A stretch of DNA of 15,257 bases, from NCBI GenBank assembly GCA_016930515.1, contig JAFGGO010000185.1, positions 1 through 15,257 on the forward strand. The letters are read 5' to 3'. Below the pieces are notes generated by a model. It searched no databases. It saw nothing but the letters and a program-made list of their open reading frames with translations, and was not told the DNA's origin. Below, in pieces: positions 1-5,615 of this stretch (the stretch's first letter is position 1; every line of letters starts with the position of its first letter). Made by a program: the position numbers and the translations under genes. Source of the stretch: Promethearchaeota archaeon (GTDB lineage Archaea; Asgardarchaeota; Lokiarchaeia; Sigyniarchaeales; SOKP01).

Positions 1-1678
1 CGACGATATGGTAGAAATGAACAAGACAAACAGGAGCGTTAAAATAAATATATCTCCTAAAGAAGAGTTTTGGGGCCATTGCTCAAATCTAAAAGCGTGG
101 GCCGAAAACAACTACGACTCGAGGCTTCTCCACAGGAACTTGGCGTTCCCGTTGCTCAAGCAACTAACCGAAGAAGGCGATCCAATTGCGAAAAAAGCCT
201 ATAAAGACGAAATTGCTACCCGAATAAAGGAAGGAAATTTAAACGTGGCATTGTTCTTGGTTAAGGGACGCTATTTAAACGATTTCACGATAGAGGAACT
301 CGAAACGCTTTCCAATTCGGTGAAATCGAAGGAAATGCAACTCGTCATTAACGGCGTGAGTCACGACGCACCCGCAGGATTTTACGATAATATAAGCCAA
401 CTAACCGAAGTTCTTGAACTTGTTCAATGGGGATTAGAAAACGATGCACCCTTGGTTTTTTATAAAAATATAGATAAGACAAAAGAGGACGCGAAATTTG
501 CCAAGTGGGGGGTAAAAAATAAGCTCCCTCGATCATTTTTTACGTGTTTTGATCAGGTAAGACAAGACACGGAGCTTGCCAAATTTGGCAGGAAACTGAA
601 CGCTCCAGATTTTTTCTATAAAAATTTTGATAAATTAAGCGAAAACATTGAACTTGCTCGATGGAGCTTGGAGAACGGAGCTCTGGGGAGTTTCTACGAT
701 AACTTTGAAAAATTAGATAAAGACGTGAATCTCGTAAAATTGGGCTTGAAGAGCGGAGCTCCGGGGGATTTCTACTATAAATTCGAGAAATTACTTGAAG
801 ACGTGGAACTCGCAAGGTGGGGACTAGAACACGACGTGCCAAAAGAATTTTATTCGAGATTTGAACACATACGCCAAAACATTGAACTTGCTCGATGGGG
901 CGTAAACAACGAAGCACCAAGCGATTTCTTTAAATTTTTTTATTCATTAAAAAAGAACACATCTCTCGCTAAATGGGGCGTGAAAAACGGCGCGTCGTAT
1001 GAATTTTACGCGTATTTCGATAAAATCTATAAAAACATCGATCTTGCCAAATGGGCAGTGCTTAATGAAGCTTCGTGGATCTTTTGTAAATATCTTAGCG
1101 AAATGGAGAAGAACGTGGAGCTTGCGAAATGGGGCGTCAAGCACGGCGCCCCTGGAGGTTTCTTTTACAAGTTTAATTGGGTAAGAGAAAATGCAGAAAT
1201 TGCAAAGTGGGCCGTCGAAAATCGAGCTCCAGGTTATTTTTTTGAGCATCTAGATAAGATGATGGAACACTTGGAAGTGGCAAAAATAGGTGTTTTGAAC
1301 GAGGTGCCGTTAAAATATTTCATGAGCCTTGATACGCTAAAGGAGGATATTGAGCTTGCGAAATTGGGCGCACAATGTAAAGCACCTGCTGCTTTTTACG
1401 TGCATTTTGATGAGTTATGTAAAGATCGAGTCCTTGCGATATTTGCCGCAGAACACGAGGCAGCAGCCGGATTTTACAAGCATTTCGATAAAGCAAAAAG
1501 GCATGGCGATCTCGTAAAATGGGGAATTGAAAACAAGGCACCAACTAAATTTTACGAGAATTTAGCGAAGATTTCCAGGAATTCTTCCAATATCGATTCC
1601 ATTCGCATGTCTGCTGAAAAAAAAAAGGAATTTTTACGCATGTTTTCCAAAAATGATACCAGTGAAATGGAGGAATAA
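1..1678 (+). CDS. 5'-truncated protein: conserved 'EEFWGHCSNL' head domain fused to about 15.5 tandem 26-aa helical repeats
   Basis: ORF 8..1678 is open to the window edge (c-gac-gat-atg = ..D-D-M, matching 'IDDL' at aa 54-57 of the paralog at 2724), so the real start lies upstream. By hand alignment, aa 15-101 match aa 71-157 of ORF 2724..3497 without gaps (57/87 identical). The remainder is tandem repeats. Confidence 0.85.
   Translation, partial: DDMVEMNKTNRSVKINISPKEEFWGHCSNLKAWAENNYDSRLLHRNLAFPLLKQLTEEGDPIAKKAYKDEIATRIKEGNLNVALFLVKGRYLNDFTIEELETLSNSVKSKEMQLVINGVSHDAPAGFYDNISQLTEVLELVQWGLENDAPLVFYKNIDKTKEDAKFAKWGVKNKLPRSFFTCFDQVRQDTELAKFGRKLNAPDFFYKNFDKLSENIELARWSLENGALGSFYDNFEKLDKDVNLVKLGLKSGAPGDFYYKFEKLLEDVELARWGLEHDVPKEFYSRFEHIRQNIELARWGVNNEAPSDFFKFFYSLKKNTSLAKWGVKNGASYEFYAYFDKIYKNIDLAKWAVLNEASWIFCKYLSEMEKNVELAKWGVKHGAPGGFFYKFNWVRENAEIAKWAVENRAPGYFFEHLDKMMEHLEVAKIGVLNEVPLKYFMSLDTLKEDIELAKLGAQCKAPAAFYVHFDELCKDRVLAIFAAEHEAAAGFYKHFDKAKRHGDLVKWGIENKAPTKFYENLAKISRNSSNIDSIRMSAEKKKEFLRMFSKNDTSEMEE
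368..1582 (+). repeat. Intragenic tandem repeat with a 78-nt/26-aa period: 15 full units plus a partial 16th
   Basis: Units start at 368 + 78n (unit 1 GCA at 368, unit 16 GCA at 1538) with no indels. Consensus is approximately APxxFYxxFDKLxxNIELAKWGVENx. Confidence 0.92.
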
Positions 1679-1680
1679 GA

Positions 1681-1845
1681 TTGGCAAAGAATGAGTTCAA
1701 GGTCAACGACCACATCACAATGAACTTAGAAAGTGGAAAAACGATCATTTATGTGAGTGGCTAGATCTTTAAGCAGTGCAAGTAGTTCGCGCTTGATGTT
1801 CAGCTGGATGAAGTTCGAAAATTCGACGATCGTGCGCGTGTATGA
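1681..1845 (+). pseudogene. Degenerate, truncated N-terminal fragment of a third paralog of the head-domain family
   Basis: Reading from TTG at 1681 gives (M)AKNEFKVNDHITMNLESGKTIIYVSG*IFKQCK*FALDVQLDEVRKFDDRARV*, colinear with MQPHEFKVNDYITLKLEGRKTNIYLNGTLFQQCKYLAFNISLESIPDYD (ORF 2724). DNA 1693-1718 matches 2736-2761 at 25/26. TAG stops at 1762 and 1783. GGAGG at 1669-1673 lies upstream. Confidence 0.85.
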
Positions 1846-1860
1846 CCTTTAAGTTGGAAT

Positions 1861-1893
1861 AAGTATAAATATATAATTATACTATCAATACTT
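1861..1893 (+). promoter_or_regulatory. TATA box with an overlapping inverted repeat; putative autoregulatory operator of the toxin-antitoxin operon
   Basis: TATAAATA at 1864-1871 ends about 22 nt before the GTG at 1894 (leaderless geometry). AGTATAA (1862-1868) and TTATACT (1877-1883) form an inverted repeat, with another ATACT half-site at 1888-1892. Confidence 0.55.
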
Positions 1894-2130
1894 GTGATAA
1901 TAAAGAGGAAAATCGGACCAAAAGGTCAAGTAGTAATTCCAAAGGATATTCGGGAAATTCTCCACATCCTTCCTGGAAGCGACGTCTTAATTGAATTAGT
2001 TGGAGAAGAGATAATCATCCGTGCGGCAAGGAATAAGGAGGATTTTTTAGAGAATTTTACAAAAACGGACAAGAAATTAGAAGAAAAAATCGATTATAAA
2101 AAGCTCCTCGACGAACAATATGACCGATAA
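1894..2130 (+). CDS. vapB: AbrB/MazE/SpoVT-family DNA-binding antitoxin (VapB-type)
   Basis: Signature KIGPKGQVVIPKDIREILHILPGSDVLIELVGEEIIIR; 78 aa; overlaps the downstream PIN gene by 11 nt. Confidence 0.9.
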   Translation: MIIKRKIGPKGQVVIPKDIREILHILPGSDVLIELVGEEIIIRAARNKEDFLENFTKTDKKLEEKIDYKKLLDEQYDR

Positions 2131-2545
2131 TAAAGAAACGATGTACATCGATGCTAACGTCTTTATCAACAATATCCTGTACGATGTGAGTAAAAACATC
2201 GAGGCTCAACGATCCAACGATTTTCTCAAGAAAATAGTCCAAGGCGAAATCGTAGGCATCACGTCTGCCTTGACATGGGACGAATTTACCTGGATCGTAA
2301 AAGTCAATTTAGGAAGGGAAGTATCGATAATAAAAGCAAGGGAATTTCTCGTTTTTCCTAACTTGTTTATCAAAAACATCACGGTATCGTCGTTAATAAA
2401 AGCCCAAGAGATCATTACTTCTTACAACGTCCGTCCAAGAGACGCCATTCACGCTGCTTGTGCGCTAGAAAATAACGTTCGCGTTATTTGTAGTTTTGAC
2501 GCTGATTTTGACTTGATAAAAGAAATTACAAGGGTAGAACCTTGA
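2120..2545 (+). CDS. vapC: PIN-domain ribonuclease toxin (VapC family)
   Basis: YIDANVFI, TSALTWDEF, RPRDAIHAACA and SFDADFD carry the four acidic PIN active-site positions; 141 aa. Confidence 0.92.
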   Translation: MTDNKETMYIDANVFINNILYDVSKNIEAQRSNDFLKKIVQGEIVGITSALTWDEFTWIVKVNLGREVSIIKAREFLVFPNLFIKNITVSSLIKAQEIITSYNVRPRDAIHAACALENNVRVICSFDADFDLIKEITRVEP

Positions 2546-2666
2546 AAAGTCGGAAATAATTCGAATATTGAAGAAACAGACGAATTCTTGCACCTGAGGA
2601 TTATAGCGTCGCGCGGTTTAATTGAACGCAACCCGCTCTCCGTTGATTCAGTTTTTAACCAGATGG

Positions 2667-2676
2667 TTTTATAAAG
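2667..2676 (+). promoter_or_regulatory. Candidate TATA box for the LRR gene
   Basis: TTTTATAAAG about 48 nt upstream of the ATG at 2724. Confidence 0.35.
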
Positions 2677-2723
2677 CGCCACACGTTTTTCTCCTTGCGA
2701 AGATATGGACTTAAAAAAGAATC

Positions 2724-3497
2724 ATGCAACCGCACGAGTTCAAGGTCAACGACTACATCACGCTCAAGCTGGAAGGAAGGAAAACCAATATCTATTTGAA
2801 TGGCACATTATTTCAGCAATGTAAATACTTGGCCTTTAACATCTCTTTAGAGAGCATTCCTGATTACGACGCAATCCTATCCATCGACGACCTTGAGGAT
2901 CGAGATCGAGGTGTCGAATATGAAAAATTGGATATCGCCCCCGAAGAAGAATTTTGGGGGCATTGCTCGAACCTCCAAGCGTGGGTCGAAAACGAGTACG
3001 ACATTCGCCTGCTTCATCGAACCCTGGCGTTTCCGTTGTTGAAAGCACTCGCGAACGCGGGCGATCCCGTTGCGAAAAAAGCGCTCAAGAGCGAAATTGC
3101 CTCAAGGATCAGTTCGGGCAACGAAACGATCGTGAACTACTTGGTAGAAGGGGGATACTTGAATCACTTTACCGCGGACGAATTGACATCCTTGTTTCCT
3201 GACATGGAGCACGTGATGCGAAACGGAATCCCAATACCAGTGATTGCAGGGATCTTGCGATTGAGCGAGAAAGGCGTGAAGGACTTGAGCGAACTAGAGG
3301 GATTACTCGAATTAAAACTATTAAAAAAGCTATATTTAGGAGATAATCAATTACACTCCCTCCCCGAATGGCTTGGCCAGCTTCAATCGCTACAATGGTT
3401 ATATTTACAGAATAATCAATTACAAGCCCTCCTAGATTCGAGTGCGAATACAACATTTAAAGAATTGAAAAAGAAAGGAATATCGATTCAATCTTAG
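2724..3497 (+). CDS. Leucine-rich repeat protein with the conserved 'EFKVN...QCKY...EEFWGHCSNL' N-terminal head domain
   Basis: Head domain at aa 1-157, shared with ORF1 and the pseudogene. C-terminal LRRs: ILRLSEKGVKDL (degenerate), LKKLYLGDNQLHSLPEWLGQLQS and LQWLYLQNNQLQAL (LxxLxLxxNxL, 23-aa period), then a cap KELKKKGISI. Confidence 0.88.
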   Translation: MQPHEFKVNDYITLKLEGRKTNIYLNGTLFQQCKYLAFNISLESIPDYDAILSIDDLEDRDRGVEYEKLDIAPEEEFWGHCSNLQAWVENEYDIRLLHRTLAFPLLKALANAGDPVAKKALKSEIASRISSGNETIVNYLVEGGYLNHFTADELTSLFPDMEHVMRNGIPIPVIAGILRLSEKGVKDLSELEGLLELKLLKKLYLGDNQLHSLPEWLGQLQSLQWLYLQNNQLQALLDSSANTTFKELKKKGISIQS

Positions 3498-3631
3498 ATA
3501 TTTTCAGGATTGTCAAAAAATCATTCATTTCATGTTTTTGAATGAAGAAGTGAATCATTGATATAATTTTTGTTATTAAAATTAGAATTAGAAAAAAAAG
3601 AAGTTTATAATGCAAAACTATATTCAAGTTC

Positions 3632-4126
3632 TTATTTGAATGGATTTGGCAACCATTTTGGCGTGGTGGATTTATATTTCAGCCATTCTTTTCCAAATAT
3701 TTTTTCGAGTACCTTTTCTTCGTGATTTACGAGCTTGTTGTAAATCGCAAAAACAACCACAAAGAACACCACGCAAATCAACGACATCGAGAGAAAGACG
3801 AAAGCAACATATATCAATAATACCCCTAAATATAGTGGATTTCTCACGCGTTTGAGAATTCCGCTGGTTATCAGCTTGTTTGAAGGAGTATCGTGCTTGA
3901 AGAGTTGTTTATGCGAAATATTCATTAGGGCAAAAGCAAGCAAAAGCGTCGCCGCGAATAAAACGATCCTTAAAGCAAGGGGCACGTAATCGTTGAGCCA
4001 CGTCGTCCATTGCAGGGCGATACCATCTAAAATCCAGACCACGACGAATAATATCGGAAGTAATGCTTGAATGAGGTGTCCATGGGGATGTTCCCTTTCA
4101 GAATGCGAAAATTCCTCTATTTCCAT
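3632..4126 (-). CDS. Isoprenylcysteine carboxyl methyltransferase (ICMT/Ste14)/PEMT-family membrane methyltransferase
   Basis: Several TM helices; LITSGILKRVRNPLYLG and HEEKVLEKIFGKEWLKYKSTTPKWLP are the family motifs; SD AGGTGA lies 8 nt upstream of the ATG. Confidence 0.88.
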   Translation of the reverse strand: MEIEEFSHSEREHPHGHLIQALLPILFVVVWILDGIALQWTTWLNDYVPLALRIVLFAATLLLAFALMNISHKQLFKHDTPSNKLITSGILKRVRNPLYLGVLLIYVAFVFLSMSLICVVFFVVVFAIYNKLVNHEEKVLEKIFGKEWLKYKSTTPKWLPNPFK

Positions 4127-4133
4127 GTTTTAT

Positions 4134-4194
4134 TTCACCTGTTTTTTGTATAAGTTATTACTTATATAGGTGAACACTTATATTTAAACTTATC
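4134..4194 (-). promoter_or_regulatory. Promoter/leader of the methyltransferase gene with nested inverted repeats
   Basis: TTCACCT (4134-4140) pairs with AGGTGAA (4168-4174) and encloses TATAAGT (4149-4155)-N4-ACTTATA (4160-4166). Minus-strand TATA-like TTTAAATA at 4181-4188. Confidence 0.5.
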
Positions 4195-4370
4195 TAAATT
4201 CGTCTCAAAGGTGGAAAATTGGGTAGTTTAAAGGTTTATTCGTACATAATTAGATGATGAGAGCACCTTAAATTAATCAATTTCAAGCATTTACAAGTAT
4301 TGATTTTCAAATCAAATTTTTAAGGGGGGAATAACAATAATAGTTTAAAACAAAATTCTAATTTGATTCC

Positions 4371-5411
4371 ATGCCATTTACGATAAAAAACATCATCGTC
4401 AGTCGCCTATTCGTGCTCTTGGCGATCTTCGTCGTTCCCGTTGCGATTTTCTTGATCTTTAATGTAACCGATTTTAGTGTGTGGTGGTCGAATGATCCAG
4501 TTTTAAGCGCAATTATCGTCAAGTTCCTAACACCTTTAACTTATGCCGTGTCTTGGTTTTATTTCTTGATCTTGTTTGCAAATCGTTTTGCAGATACCAT
4601 CGATTCCATGGAAAAGCACACCAATATCATCCCATTGCGCTTGAAAATATTTTACGGCATCAACGCCTTATTCGTTTTGTTTGTTTTCGTATTTCCCTTG
4701 ATCACCCCGTTAGTGTCTATCTTGAGCTTTGCGTCCATGATGTGGCAATTAACCACCTTTAAAAAATCAAATTGGGACGAAAAGCAAAAAGTTCCGCTCA
4801 TAACAAAGATACTCGCCGTTGCTGCCGCTATTTTGCCAATCTTTTGCACGGCAAGCATTGCTCCCGACTACCTGGAACTTCCCATATACCTCTTCCAGAG
4901 CGTGTGGGTTCCCCTTCTCGATCTCGTCATGATATTTTCCTATTGTCTTTGCACGGCTTTAGCAATAGGATCCTTGTTGGTCTTATTTGCCAATAACGGA
5001 GTTAGTGAATACGAGCAACTGTGGTCCGACCCAAAACGAGATCAAACCATGCTTTATATCGCCATTTTGGAAATATTGATAACTATTGGGCTCATGGTCC
5101 TTGCTTATGCCAACGAATTGACAGGTAATTATCCCATCATCGACCTTTTCTACAACCTTGGATTCGTCATAGTGTTGATCGTGTCCATCGTGAATTTTTT
5201 CACGGGCAAGAGCAAGAACAAGAAATTCAGGTCTCACCTCTTGGGTTATATCCTTGCTGCCGTTTTTATGGGCTCGAACTTGTTTATTTACGACATAGAA
5301 TTGACTATTGTCTCGGAATGGGTAAGAGTTATCAGTCTAAATGTGCTGGCAACCGTTTTCATTGCCGTATTCCTATATACTTTCGTGAAGATGGAAGAAT
5401 CTGAGTTTTAA
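4371..5411 (+). CDS. Hypothetical polytopic membrane protein (about 9-10 TM segments)
   Basis: 346-aa ORF of alternating hydrophobic stretches and short charged loops (KKSNWDEKQK, EYEQLWSDPKRD, GKSKNKKFRSH). No family motif recognised. Confidence 0.8.
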   Translation: MPFTIKNIIVSRLFVLLAIFVVPVAIFLIFNVTDFSVWWSNDPVLSAIIVKFLTPLTYAVSWFYFLILFANRFADTIDSMEKHTNIIPLRLKIFYGINALFVLFVFVFPLITPLVSILSFASMMWQLTTFKKSNWDEKQKVPLITKILAVAAAILPIFCTASIAPDYLELPIYLFQSVWVPLLDLVMIFSYCLCTALAIGSLLVLFANNGVSEYEQLWSDPKRDQTMLYIAILEILITIGLMVLAYANELTGNYPIIDLFYNLGFVIVLIVSIVNFFTGKSKNKKFRSHLLGYILAAVFMGSNLFIYDIELTIVSEWVRVISLNVLATVFIAVFLYTFVKMEESEF

Positions 5412-5417
5412 TCCTCC

Positions 5418-5435
5418 TTTTTTTCTTTTATTTTT
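5418..5435 (+). terminator. Oligo-T archaeal terminator
   Basis: TTTTTTTCTTTTATTTTT shortly after the stop codon at 5411. Confidence 0.5.
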
Positions 5436-5615
5436 CTCCAAGACCTATTCAGATAATCCAATTTCAGATAATCGAAGCAATCGAAGAGATAATAAAGACC
5501 AAATTATACTGTTCTTAGTTCGAGAATTCAAAAAAGAGGGTATATTTTTTTACGAGCGCAAATTAAAGAGTATATTAAAAAAATTATTTACCACTTTTAA
5601 AGAGAATGCATTACA

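Noticed and set aside
368-1582. CRISPR array or non-coding tandem repeat
   Set aside because: The 78-nt period is conserved at protein level, degenerate at DNA level, and lies inside an open frame.
1762-1785. Pyrrolysine or amber recoding of the two TAG codons
   Set aside because: The fragment also loses homology near 1830 and ends at TGA 1843-1845. The second TAG is one substitution from the paralog's Tyr codon. No pyl genes are in the window.
1-3497. Diversity-generating retroelement (TR/VR pair) behind the paralog variation
   Set aside because: No reverse transcriptase in the window. The similar segments are short and their differences are not restricted to adenines.
3540-3562. Eukaryote-like SECIS core (ATGAA...TGAT)
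   Set aside because: The spacing is too short for the SECIS helix, and no gene here has an in-frame TGA at a Cys-equivalent position.
4254-4305. C/D box sRNA starting at ATGATGA (4254-4260)
   Set aside because: No CTGA D or D' box at a suitable distance and no terminal stem.
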